Of a DNA stretch of 64,000 nt, positions 26,564 to 39,400 are shown piece after piece (the first letter of the stretch is position 1; each line of letters opens with the position of its first letter). The translations under genes were made by a program, and so were the position numbers. This DNA is from Phoronis australis (taxonomy: Eukaryota > Animalia > Phoronida): positions 587,635-651,634 of the forward strand of contig NMRA01000222.1 in NCBI GenBank assembly GCA_002633005.1, in the 5' to 3' direction. A model generated the notes under the pieces. It saw nothing but the letters and a program-made list of their open reading frames with translations. It ran no database searches and was not told the DNA's origin.

Positions 26564-28905
26564 CTATAAATAGATGAAACTTTTAACAAAATCGATGAAA
26601 CTTAAGTCCTCCACATTTCCTGGCAAAGAGTAGAAAGTTGCGATGCAGGTTACTGCGCATGCTGGAATGACAACACGGACAGTTTGTCCTAAGTGACCGT
26701 GTACCCATATTTGGAACTGTCTGTAGGCCACGTGTTGAATCCTTTTATCCAAGAGTTTGTCATAGCCATCAGGATAATGACTTTTGCATTGCAGCCATGC
26801 AGTCTCCAAAACACCACGATTTATGTGTACAGGTTTAAATCCCCCATGCTCCACAACACATTTTTTTCTTCTGTGTAAATTGTCACGCTTCATTTCTTCA
26901 TCAAGTTTTGCAACAACCTTGTCGACCTCTTGACAACCTACTCTTTCTTCAAAAACTTCAGTGAACATCAAAATTTCGGATTGAAAAATTTACCTAGAGT
27001 GCCCCTGCCAAATTTATTTGAGGGGGCTGCATACGACTTCAGCTTTAAAGAAAATTGATTGTTCAGAGTAAACCCCACTTGAGCAGTGACCTGTTTACAA
27101 CAGAACAAAAATCGAATCTGTTTCCAAAAAAGAACTTTCGAACATCACAACCTATTTATTTTTCATAAAAATTGATCATATAAAGTAAAGATACCTTTTT
27201 CATACAAATGAATAGTGCTACACCCAAGGCAGCGATAGATCATGCCCGGGGATATACACTGTAGTAATGGAAATTATAGTTATTTGATTTTTAGCTGACC
27301 CTAAGACACAAGGTTGTTGTCCTGATTCATTGATGGAGGGGACAGTTTTGTAAGCAGTTGTGGACATTTTCTCTCAATCTGAACCCTATCGGCACCCACA
27401 TACTTGTACCATTTATGAAACCAGACAATGCCAATGGGGCAAACCAACTTGAATAGCAGTGTTGCCACTCAAAGGGTCTCCCATATTGTAAATATTACAG
27501 TACAAATTTATTAAAACTTCTCCAAATGCTATATGGGCAATCACCAACCCAATGGTATGCCCTCTATACTCTATAGAAACTTTACCAGGCGGTTCCTACC
27601 CAAGTCGACTCGTACCCAGGCGATATACCATATTTATTGATAAGTAATGGCAACATTGGGTCAATGTACACCGACAGGAAACGCTTGTTTTCATTTCAAA
27701 CATCGTCTTACAAAATACTGTTTTGGAACAAATGTGTATATTGATATGGGTCCGAGTTGACTTGGCCCTTGAGTACGAAAATAAAGTGACCTGTATAACC
27801 TACTGAATTATTCCCCCAGCACCGAGGTGAGAAAGTCTAAATTATAAAATTGCATTTTTTTCATCCTCTTCTTTACACTCCACAGTCGATTATTCCAAAG
27901 TGGCTCTCATTCATTCCTTTGCATACATTTATTCACTCACTAGTAGCACCGAGCTCAGTCTCAGAGAAGACATTTTTATTTTGTGCAATGCTCAATTGTC
28001 TGAAAGAGAAAGCCAGGATTCGACTTTTCCAAAGTGGCTCTCATTCTTTGCCTTACTCACTGGTAAAAACGAACTCAGTCTCGGAGAAGTAAAAGACAAT
28101 TTTGTGCAATGCTCAATTGTCTGCCAGTGAAAGCCAAGATAGGAAACAGGCTTTCACGAACTCAAAACACTGAGCCACACTGTCTACAAATAATCAGAGA
28201 CCAAACATTGGGTGATTTGCTAAACTGCAAAAAAGTCAAATTTTTATCACAGAAACTGGTATTATCCAAGGCTGAAACACCATTCATCAGTGTAGTGGGC
28301 GCCTGGGACTGACTGGTAAAACACCTGACTTACTGAATTTTCAATTAAAAAGACCAAGTAATAATTCGTTATTGTAGGATACATATTAAAAATATTCTTA
28401 CCAGTCACTAACATCCGATCGCAACTCGTGCTCACCTTCTGCCCGTGGATGTTCACTGGACGAACTAGCTGGTGCTGAGTCTTCGACGACCGGAGCAAGG
28501 GCCCTGAAATGGATCGAGGAAGAACGGCTCACTGCAGAAAAGCTGTGAACACAAATTGATCCTATGGCATCTGTCACCCCCTCCTCCAGTTCCGAAAGGT
28601 CAGAATCATCTGAAAAGTCCACCTGTCCGTCCCTGTATCGTTCAAAGTATTCCTCATCTACGCTGTTGTACTCACTTGGACACACCCTGTTTACTTTTGT
28701 CCCCCTACACCACGTCACAGATGTGTAACTAACGAAAATGTCGGCGTTTCTAGTCTCCGTTACAACACCACTGCACTACATATGTAAGTAACTTTCTATA
28801 GCTACGTACAATTCAGGTAATGTTAAGAATATAGGAATTATAAATATAGATAAAAATTTAGATCATGTTGTTGTTCAGATTGGTTTGGACCTTGCAATTT
28901 CCTCT
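26564..28905 (-). mobile_element. Kolobok-type relic carrying a two-exon KolX / P2X7-ballast-like pseudogene
   Basis: Exon 2 (about 26992-26564): CQEV...CVVEHGGF...VLETAW...HVAYRQFQIWVHGHLGQTVRVVIPACAV. Acidic exon 1 ends RSDVSD-TG|GTAAG at 28402. Candidate terminus CT|TTAA at 28905. Confidence 0.75.
27885..28145. repeat. Two tandem units of about 130 bp inside the KolX intron
   Basis: TTCCAAAGTGGCTCTCATTC...TTTTGTGCAATGCTCAATTGTCTG occurs twice. Confidence 0.7.
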
Positions 28906-29552
28906 TTAATAGCCCCATACCTAAAGCTAACGTGTACAATAACAAACATCTAGCCGATTTAACAGGTGTGTTTTTCAAACTGTATGAATACAGGACAGCA
29001 ACGTAGCCTAATGAAAAGTCAGCGACAGTAGAACGATGCACTCCGAATAGGAGCAACGACAATTTTCTGGGATTCAGATTTCTAGAACATGAATTTTAAG
29101 CACCGATTTGTCAGTACAACACATAACACTTGTTACACTTCTTCCATCAATCATGCCAGTTTGTTTGCGTAAGGGCTACCTGTTGAGAATTCGACCATCA
29201 AATCAGAAACGCCGTTTAAAAAAATCGCGAGGGAAATTAAATGATACCAACATGTACAAGCTACCACCTAGCAGCATGCAAGGAACCAGCGAAGGAACCA
29301 GCGAGGCTTGTGACAACGTCCTCAGTAAATTACCTCCAATGCTGATACTTGTTTGGAACACTATTGCACCAGTAAATTGAAAAGTTTTGATTAAAACAAA
29401 ATATTAATATTTATCTTAGTTTCATGAAGTAAGACGCATCTGTTTAAGTAATTTTTCATTTTCAATAAAATTCCACGTTTTCCGTGAACCCATTCTCCAA
29501 CAATAGGTGTCACTTTAGAAAATGGCTGATTTGAGTTCCACTAAATAATGGG

Positions 29553-30188
29553 TGTTTCAGATTTGCTTCCGGTGGATAACGTGAACCTCTGTTAGATACT
29601 TGCTAACGGGCTACTGACTTATCGCAAGCTCCTCCCGTTTTACGCGGCAACGTGTTGTTTGCTGGGTAAAATGACGACTTGGAAACGAAGGTGTGTCAAT
29701 AATGCTGGCGATAGGTCAATTGCCTATTAGCTGATGATTAGCACGCTCGCCGGTTTAATGGGGCGCTAGTTCGATTGCTGATTAGGGAAATCTCGGCTAT
29801 TACTACAAATGACGTAGTCAGCAAAAAGATTGTCTACCAATGAAGTACTGCCAACAAGTACCCGCGGACCTCGGACGGCACCCATGGATAATGATGGTAA
29901 AAGTTCCAGGAGGACCTGTATGAGAGACAACCTTGTGTTTACTTGTTGTGGTGGTAAAGGTTGCAAGGGATGTTGATGACCTGTATGCGATACACCCTGG
30001 TGCTCACCTTCCTGGTGGCGTGCCTGTTCCGTAGGGAATGGGGGAATGTTGTAGATGTGCTTCCGGTGAATCATATGAGCCTCTGTTAGCTACTCGCTTA
30101 CCTGAATGGTTAGCGCACTCGCCGGTTTTGTGAAGGTTGCTGTTTCGATTGCCGGGTCGGGTAATCTCGGCTAATTTTAATATTATCA
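29553..30188 (+). mobile_element. Miniature non-autonomous LTR retrotransposon (TRIM-like) with tRNA-like sequence in the LTRs
   Basis: Direct repeats 29553-29807 (TGT...ACA) and 30047-30188 (TGT...TCA, internally deleted); PBS-like TGACGTAGTCAGCA at 29810; PPT AGGGAATGGGGGAA at 30033-30046. Confidence 0.72.
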
Positions 30189-31394
30189 GATGTGGAGAAA
30201 CGGACCATTTACGTGCTCCAAAACAGGCCAGCTAACATCAAGGGGGTATTATCAGCAATTCCAAACGTTTTATGTTGGAGCTGACTGAATGAAAAATCCG
30301 CCCCAATTACCTAACCTTGTCGGATATATTAAAAGACAAATGAAAAGACACTTGAAAACATGAACTCCAATATCCCACAAAAAAAGTTTCCCTGTCTGAT
30401 TCAATAGGGTCAGATCTCAGGTGCAGTTATCAACCCTCTGTCCGAGAAGAAACTGACTATAGGAAGTCTTACAACGATCATAACCTTACGAACTTTTACA
30501 TTGCAACTAACAAGAGAGTTTTACTCAAAGATCCCTCTGCTCTTCTTTTGAACGTGGTGTCGGATTGCAGAAGGTTGTGAGGCTTAAAGTCTCACTCCCA
30601 TTTTAGAAAACTATGCAAGTGCCAAGAAACAGTTTTCTCAGGCCGGCCCTTATACTGAAGTGACGTAATAGTGACTGTGAGACGTTACATCCAGCCCTAG
30701 CTGGGGGGTCTAATGTGTAATTGTATCGTTTTTTACGTTTGGAGAGACTCTCTCTGTTTGGGATGTGCTGGCATTCCAAACTTTTTAACGGGTTTTAGCT
30801 TTTTTCATACTTGTTTATCTCCATCTTCTAAAGGGGAATATCACATCGTCTAGTGAATTTGCATTAATGCAACATGGGATTATTCCGAGGAACGAGGTCA
30901 GGGTACCCAACAGCCCTCACGCCCGCCCATTGGTCGGCAGATGTCAAATGTGGTGGGCAACATTTGGCACAGTTGGTGCGCTGAACGGTAACTTTGGGCA
31001 AATTCTCAAATGATCTGGGTACTCTATTGTTTTTCAACTTAACAGCCACTCCTTCCTGGACCCCCCATCACCTCGGCACGGCGGGCAAACCCAAACCCCC
31101 AGGTAAATCGCTGTGGGAGTAAGTGGTTAGCCTCTCAGGAAATTCACAAACTGGCTGACCATGCATCTATTATAAAAGTGTGACAACAAATGTCAACCAA
31201 TATTGAAGAGTACATGTACTTGAACAGTACAGAGAAAAAGCTTTTTATCATACACACTGGTGAAATTTAGTTGGCCTGCACCACTGTAAAGTGTAAACAG
31301 CTGATGGGCAGCCTTGAGTTGCTGAGTCAAATGATATACCTGCCCTGTGGTCAATTGTTGGAGTCCCGGTAAGCCTAGCGCCATTCAGTACACT

Positions 31395-32510
31395 GCCGAT
31401 TTCATAAAGGTGGTTTAACAAAACCTGGTCTTCCTAAACCTGGTCTAACTTTAGACCTAACTTGTATTTGACCAACGTGGTTTAAATTCTGAAAGCATAG
31501 TTTTATTAAACCAGGGAGCGGGTTTAGAAAAACGAGGTTTAAAGTATTTAAGCCACCCTGCTGTGTCGATCTGGATGAACCCAACAAAGAAACTATTTAA
31601 GTGCTTCAATGAAACCTTGATCACGTGAGTATACAATGGTACTCACTAGTAGAACCAGTGCAGACATTTGCGAAAAAGGTATAAAAGCTTTTCTCATGAG
31701 GAAAAATTTAATGTCTGTGACCAACAGACGTACATACATTAAAGTACATCCTCACGATTAGCCGCTACATGATAAATGTCCAAATTGATTTCCGTGCCAT
31801 TTTAGTATTCGGTTTTCGCGGCCAAGGGGGGGGGGGTGCAAGACCCCTTACCTCTCGATAATAAATCAGTAACCAATGGAGGTGGATCTCAGAAGATGCT
31901 GTCTTCAGTCAAACCCGTAGCATTTACGACGATGACATCCTGCTCGACCGGTCGTATTCTGAGGAATCTGCAGGACACCATGCAGCACGTACTGGTCTAC
32001 ACATAGGCGGATTCAAGGGGTCAAGGGGTCCCGAACCCCTTTTCCCGTGATTTTAGTGATATCAAATCTATAAGTTTCGAATGGTTGACTTGGTCCCCCT
32101 TTAGAAATTGTGGATCCGCCCCTGCTACGTTTGTTCTTGTGTCGTCGTAAAACTGAATATTGAAAATAGTGCCTTTTCACTCTAAAACTCCGTCGTAAAT
32201 GCAGACCGCGGAATCATTCAGTCGCACTTTTATCATGCAAGTCCATCATATTTAACACTTAAACCTGGGTCTGACCAAGTATAAAGTTAAAGCTAGTTTA
32301 AGTTCTTAATACAGTGATAAAGAATACATGTATAGACCTCGTTGGTGAAATGAAAACTGACTTAGACCAGGTCTAAACTGGTGAAACCAGGTTTTACTAG
32401 ACCACTGGTCTAAAAGTTTAGCAACCTTTATGAAATGCAGATTATCTTTAAACCTGGTCTAAGTCCAGTTTAAACCAGGTTTAACTTGGAACCACCTTTA
32501 TGAAATCGGC
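31395..32510. mobile_element. PIF/Harbinger-like MITE with nested smaller MITEs
   Basis: Perfect 21-bp inverted ends GCCGATTTCATAAAGGTGGTT / AACCACCTTTATGAAATCGGC; subterminal AAACCTGGTCTAA-like repeats; nested inverted pair GCATTTACGACG (about 31920/32190) enclosing 32002-32124. Confidence 0.7.
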
Positions 32511-32659
32511 CGCTAGTGTCTTGTGCAAGTTGTAAGTTTAATACAAGATTATGTGCAAGACTCATCTAATGACATTCTAAATTCCAACTTGAACAGACGC
32601 CCTGGATGCCACAATCTCTTTTCATTTCAGTGAATTCTGTGATTCTTGAAATCTTAGTA

Positions 32660-33065
32660 TGTCATTATGTGTTCGGAGTCCCAGTGTGTTGACATTGAGG
32701 ACCTGGGTATCCTTATGATATCCAAAAAATTCAGTCCAACTGGTAAAAATAAATCATGTACCTAGAATGTTTGTTCAGGTTGGAAGTAATGTAATGACGT
32801 TTTACGTATTACATGCCATGAGTCAAGTGTATCATCTCAGCTACATCCAATGAATCACTCAGAGGCAGTCAAACCTCGGCAGTGGCAGGGCATTGCAAAG
32901 TGTCAGAAACTACCATAATGTCATTTTCCAGAGCGAAGAAGAACACAGCAGACCCCGCACGAATTGCACACACGATGAAAAAATAAGCAGTTTAAGGAGG
33001 AACAGTGGATGACTCCACAGCAGGTTAACGGTTTATTTTCACGTTCGGCTGCCTTGAACAGCCCT
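32660..33065 (+). pseudogene. Decayed C-terminus of a DNA-transposon protein (family uncertain, possibly Sola3-like)
   Basis: Frame-broken MCSESQC...GRALQ...IFQSEE...ADPARIAHTM...FKEEQWMTPQQVNGLFSR, resembling a recalled GWAL...DP..VA..M...EWLT..QI.S.FSR signature. Confidence 0.45.
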
Positions 33066-36000
33066 GGGAAGTTGTAAAACTATGGAGAGAATGAAGTTCA
33101 CAGTGCTGTCGATGCAGACTTCAGATTTCAGCTTCGCCGGAAGATTGTGCAATCTGTTGTGTTTCCTAAGTCATGTGAAACCGAGTCAATAAAGCATCAA
33201 CTATTGCTACGATATGGAATGACGAAGTAATGCATGACCTCTGTAGTTGAAAAAAATAATAACGCTTCTAATAGCTGTTTATATACTTAAGTAACGGCAG
33301 ATCACGTGGGACCGGACACTTTTGCCCTCTAGAGGACTAGAAAGTAATTTCATTTTGTTGCACTTCTCAGACACTTATTCAACTGTTCCTCTGTGCCTCC
33401 CACTGCACACCTAAGTCAGTTTTATCCGGAACCTCGAATATCTAATGTAGCCCAAAATTTTCAAAGACATACTGTGGTTGACATTTTGGGGGGTTTCTGA
33501 CCGGCACAACCCAGGGTGTGTTTTGTCTGTCATGCGTCATTTAGTGATAAGAGACATGCATTGAATCACATGGAATTGTTTTTTGCGGTACCTCAAATTT
33601 ATGAGCTAAATCATTTTTGTACTCTTTTTTTGGTTTCTGCCTGACCCATTCCAGCGTGAAATTTGTCTGCCATGGGTCAATAAGTGCAGTACTATTTTCA
33701 GATTTGGCAGGTACCTCGAGTATCTAATCTAACTCATTTTGGTCCCATGCAAGGTCCCAGGGGTCACACCTCAAGTGCAGACAACATCAGATGTCTACTT
33801 CTGAATACATGTATAGTGAGTGGGTCTTCAAGTGCTTCAGTATAGTCTGATGTTGGTACCTCGTTCATCTATCGAAAGTGCTCTAGGATGACATTCTATC
33901 CGTCAGATATGCGAGTGCTGGTATTGAGATCTGTGTGGCTGCTTCTAATTAAAATACTCTGTTGTCTCTACAAGACGTTGAAATCTGAATCCTTAACTGT
34001 GTGGTAAGTTTCCATGTGGTAATGCCCTCACGTCTCGTGTCACCAATAGGTCGTCACCTGAAGTGTTTTTCGGCGACAAATGGGGATCCGGATGATAATA
34101 GTGAATAGGTTAATCATGTCACGTAGGGAATAAAAGTAGAAAATATGCGCTTGTGTTCACAAATCACACACATATTCAACATTTTGAAAAGGCACTTCGC
34201 CCATTTTACTTTAACTAAGGAAATTCATAGCGATACAAGGTTTTCCAGGAATCTTAGCTACATGTATATACGGTAATTTGAAATAAGATACAGTGAAAAA
34301 TACACATCACGTAACTCATTCTTACACTCATGTGTGTAGACACCATCAGACATTAAACGTCTTTTTAATACAGTTTACTTGATTTAAGCAAATAAGCACA
34401 CACAACTAAGATTATGTATGAATGCATTCAGCCACATGTCTACAAAGCGGAGATTAAATTGAGTAACGGGGTATATTCTTGTTGAAAGTACTGAAGCACA
34501 TATATTCAATTCTTTAGGATGGGGAGCTCAGACAAAATAAAAAAGTACAGCTTTACAGAGCTCGTATTGTCAGTATTAAGTATCACTATTTTCTACTAGT
34601 TAACAAACAAGCCACAATATATTTTGACAACTCATAACAGTGTCAGAAGCTAAATCACAATATTATTAATATTTTATTGCATAATTGACGTCACTAAGGA
34701 AGAACGCTCAACAACTTTGGCATCATACATCCTAGAGTTTGGAAGCTGAAAGTGAATGACCGGGACACATTTAACAAAATCGTTATTTGAGGTTAGGAAG
34801 ACAAATTGAGTCAAGGAAAAATGCCGGGGTTTCAATAACCCCTCCTCCTGAACATAAGGTAAACTACAAAAACGCATACCATAATACATGTACTCAAACA
34901 CTGGATATTAGCGGTGTGAATGACATGCAAACGTTTTACATTAAAGCTTACATGAGTTTAAGAAGATAAATTTAGTCCAGGAAAAGTGCCTGGAGTTCAA
35001 TATTCCCTCTAAGTGAACATAACGTAAACAAAAAATACGCATACAGTATCCTAGCTAACATTAGATGTTAGCCAAATGAAACTAAGTTTATCAAAATTAC
35101 ATGTACATGTACATGCACAGAAGACTGGCATAATGCTGTTGAACGTGAAACGGCAATAAGTCAATTGTTAAGAGTTTAGAATGAACATAGTTATTTTATT
35201 CCGTATATAACCCTGCTCAATATTTAATATATATCGCAAAGAATAGCAAGGATCTCCTTACACAAGATTTGACCAAACTGGCTCTTCACACAAAGATTTT
35301 CAACTGAAACATTCGTCGTTGGGTTTGATGTTTCCAAGTTTGTGTTAGCGGTTTTAGAATTACTGGAAATGCCCGAGACCCCCTGTAATTGGTTTACATT
35401 ATTGAACTTGATTTAAAAATTCAATGATCAGATTTGTTTCCTAGTTACGTAAATATGCGACAAACATGATACATTGTTACAACAGAAAGTTGTTGTACAT
35501 CAACATGTCGTAGATATGCCTAAGCGACTTAATGGTTAGCCTGCTTTAAACCAAAAGATTTACAAAGTATTTTATTTCTTAAAAGGCAAAAATATCAGCA
35601 TGGAGACACACGGTTGCAAACAAACTTTTCTTGCGCGAGCGGTATTACCACATTATTTTTTTTCGTAGCCCAGTAACATCGTTCCGAAAGTAAACACACT
35701 GTCGGTTTTGTGCCAACTGATATTTAGTCTCTATGGCTGTGCTGATTTCCTTATTTTAGAAAAGTCACGTGAATTGACTAAGCTGGTATGTGTAATTACT
35801 TTACACCTGTACATGATACATAATGTCTTGGTTCATCATACGAGGACGCTGCGAATGAATCGCATTTAAAAGGGATTGTAAAGAATACCTAAAACGTTGT
35901 TTGATATTTTGCTGTTAGTCAAAATATGATAAAAGTTTCTGAGTTCCTAAACGCAGCACAGTACGAAGACAACTATTCAGTGTTTAGGGCAGTGCAGGGT

Positions 36001-36450
36001 CATTTAAAACCAGTGCAGTATGCATGGCGATCGAGTTCATGAAGCTGTTGCCTTCACGCGATAGACAGCAGGAAGGTACATGTAAAATAATCATTGCAGC
36101 TTGGCGTCTTTGTGGATCTGGCACATCCTTTGTTTCTCAGATACCCGACGTAGTTTCTAATACAAACCATGTGCCAGAATAGATGGGAATCATCTAGTTT
36201 TTATCTACTATTCTGCAGTGTATAACGTAATCTAAAGAAATTAAGCATCAGCTGAAATTTGTACGGACGTTGTTCTACCTGTATGCAGTGAGGATCCATT
36301 AAAAAATAACCAATTTGTAAAAAATGTGATGTAAGTTTAAGGTGTCCCCAAAAACGCTGTTCCTTTATCTTGCGACCTATATCCAGTTTTTGGGCTTCAA
36401 AATGATCTGTCACATCGGACTGATTGATTTTATCGATGTTTGATTTAATT

Positions 36451-39400
36451 TCAAAGTTGAGTGCTCTCCTCTGGAAAAGACAGAAAGTCGTCAATCTCAT
36501 GTGCTACAGAACTTATAGACATATCCTCACTTATAAGTGACGCCACCGAGAGGTTGCAACCAGTCTGTTGCAATACGATTGCTCTGATTTCCACTGCCAA
36601 GTTTGAGTCCACCCCCATATTTGGAAGACTACGATCAACTAACACTGAATCAACCCTGGTAACAAGAATTTCACTGATTGTATATTGAAGGAATTCTACA
36701 AGTTTTGTTCGTCTCTCCAACGGAGGCAATTGCTTATCATTTTCTGTAAACACATGCTTCCCACTTTCAGAAGAGCCAACCTCTTCTTGTAATTTCTTAA
36801 GTATTGGGTCAATGAATGTACGGCAACGGTATCTTGATGAAGAGTTTGGTTTAGTTATAATACCATTTCTTACAACCTTTGTCCAATTCACATTCCACAC
36901 AATGACTTGGGGCAGATTTGAGATCAGTATGGACTCCAAGCATTGGTGAATTTCGTTTGCTTCCAATGGTTCCATACCTTTTAAGGAAAATGCACGAATA
37001 AGGTCATCACGCCCTTCCAATGCTCCCAGAGCCAGCGGTCCCCAATTTATAGTTTGGCTTGGCAAACCAAGTCCCCTCCGATAGAATGCAAAAGAATCCT
37101 GAAAAGAGTTGGCCGCACCGTAATTGGTTTGTCCTGGATTGCCAATTGCTGATGCAACAGAAGAGTGCATGATGAAATAATCGAGAGGGTCATTCTGAGT
37201 CACGAAGTGGAGATGCAATGTGCCAAGTATCTTCGGATTGAGCACTTTGCAAAAACTTTCATGAGACTGATTTTCCACGATTGCGTCTGATAAAACCATT
37301 GCCCCGCTGAAGACCCCTTTGATTGGAAAACTTGGATAAGATTTTCGCAATTTGCTTATTGCAATGGACAAGGCTTTATAATCTGAAACGTCTGCCTTTA
37401 CGCTAGATATATTCGAACAAAACAATTCTCTTGTTTTATGCATGAAACTCAATTCATCTTTTCCGGGGTCTCTTCTTGACAAAATAACGATCAGGCCAGC
37501 GTGACGATAAGCTAAGAACTTGACAAGTTCTTTTCCCAGCCCGGTGTGACCACCGATAACGAGATACATTGCTGCCACATCGAAAAGTGTAGTACGGTCA
37601 CACAAAGCAGGATACGGCTCTTCAGGTGTGAGGCGATGGTGAACACTTGACTTCGAATTCGACAGTTGTTTTCGGAAAATCCCTCGATACCTTGCACCAG
37701 TGACACTGTGAGCTTTCAAAAACCCTTTCTTCTGAAGTTTCTTTAGCCATTCAACTGTTCTTGGTAAAGCTAACTTAAGATAATTTGGATTCAGCCAGTG
37801 ATTGTTGATTCCATTCCATGGGAACATCTCATGGACCACCTTAACTTTTTGCATTGCATCCTTAGACATGCTCGGGACTTTGCTCAAGTCAGTAAGAAGG
37901 AAGATAACATCGTATTCCTCGAATTGATAGTCCTTCTGTACAACCGAAGATGTTATTTTCTTCGAATAGTACTGGGCAATATGTTGCAGAAGCACAGCAA
38001 ACTTGCTTTCTTCCCTGTCACACAAAACAAGAACACTGTCCTTTTCACAAAGAGAAAGCTTGCAATTGAAAATATCCCAAAGCATAACAAACGTTGATAG
38101 CAACGGACGGCATCCCTCAGGCACAGATGATATTGGGAGAACACAAGATTCAGGGACATGGAGCACTGACTGCAATATTGTTGGGTAACATACGACAACT
38201 TCCAACCCGTCCTTGAATCTTTTACTGTTCTTGCCGGTTACAAACCCTGCCATATCTACAGCTGCAAAATAGTTGTCCACGTTCATATTAGAGGGCTTCT
38301 CCCCATGCTCAGTGACAGTGGCAGGGAGCATATGAGGATCTGGTTGGCAAAAAAAAGATACGGACACAACCACATTTCCATCGTCATTATTCATCAGCTG
38401 CTTCGTCAGAACATACTGTGGCTTTTGATACTTTTCACCACCAATGATTCTCAAGGGCATTGAACTGCCCATTGCAAGGATGGTTCGAAATCGAGATTTC
38501 ACGATATCTTCATCAACCCTTTTTATTGAACTGAAATAGACTTCTGAGTCACGCAAAGCAATTTCGGGACACACCACTAGCCGTGAGTTCTGAACTATTT
38601 TGGATAAGTGTGCGAGTTCAAGAATCGAACAGGCACCCATGTCGATTAACAAAGATGGTCTTTCAGAAGTGTTTACTTCTACTTGAAGACACCGAAGCAT
38701 GCCCCATATCTCAGAGCCAACAACATTAGTGTGTGATTCAATGCCACAATACTGGGTGTTAAGTGTGATGGCGATTACACACAGTTTCAAGTTATACTCT
38801 TGCAATAAAGCGTATATGTTGCGAAGGCCGTTGCAGCTGAACTTTACATTAGTGTCAAGTTCATTGATCTTCAACACGTCTTTGGAGTGGCTTAAGGCCC
38901 AGCAGTAAACCAGTGTACTGAATTTACTCAAAAATGACACCATTTCTGCCTTATTTTGGGGTTGTAAAATTCCAGTTTGAGAAAAAAGCAAACCAAACTT
39001 CGAATCCATATTCACTATAGTAACATTGGATCCTAGAGAGTTGCACAGAACATTGCTCACATGACCAGCTTTAGTAAACACAACAGTATTGTCATTTTGG
39101 TTGGACCCATTAGGAATTGCAAATTCGTCTTGCTTCTCCCACACTATGTCATAGAACAAACGTTCTGGTGGGACACTGGCAATGCTCTTTAGTGTCAGCT
39201 TTGGACACTCAACTATCATTGTGCCTGTCTCATCAAGCAAAGCTGCCCAACATTCAAGGTCGCTGGCAGTCTTATGTAGAAGCTGCAGATAGCCATACAT
39301 GTGCTCTTCCATTATACCGCGAACAACAAGACCGCTGTAGGCTTTAGGAAGATACTGGACTGAAGCGTTGTTATGACCATTTCCATCGCCAGGACAAACA

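Noticed and set aside
26564-26971. P2X7 receptor gene
   Set aside because: Only the ballast-like domain is present, with no transmembrane or ectodomain exons; the context is transposon-like.
29720-30165. Functional tRNA genes (also tRNA-like pieces near 4210-4270, 42720-42800 and 60040-60120)
   Set aside because: A/B boxes are degenerate and no complete cloverleaf or anticodon arm can be drawn; they are repeat-derived.
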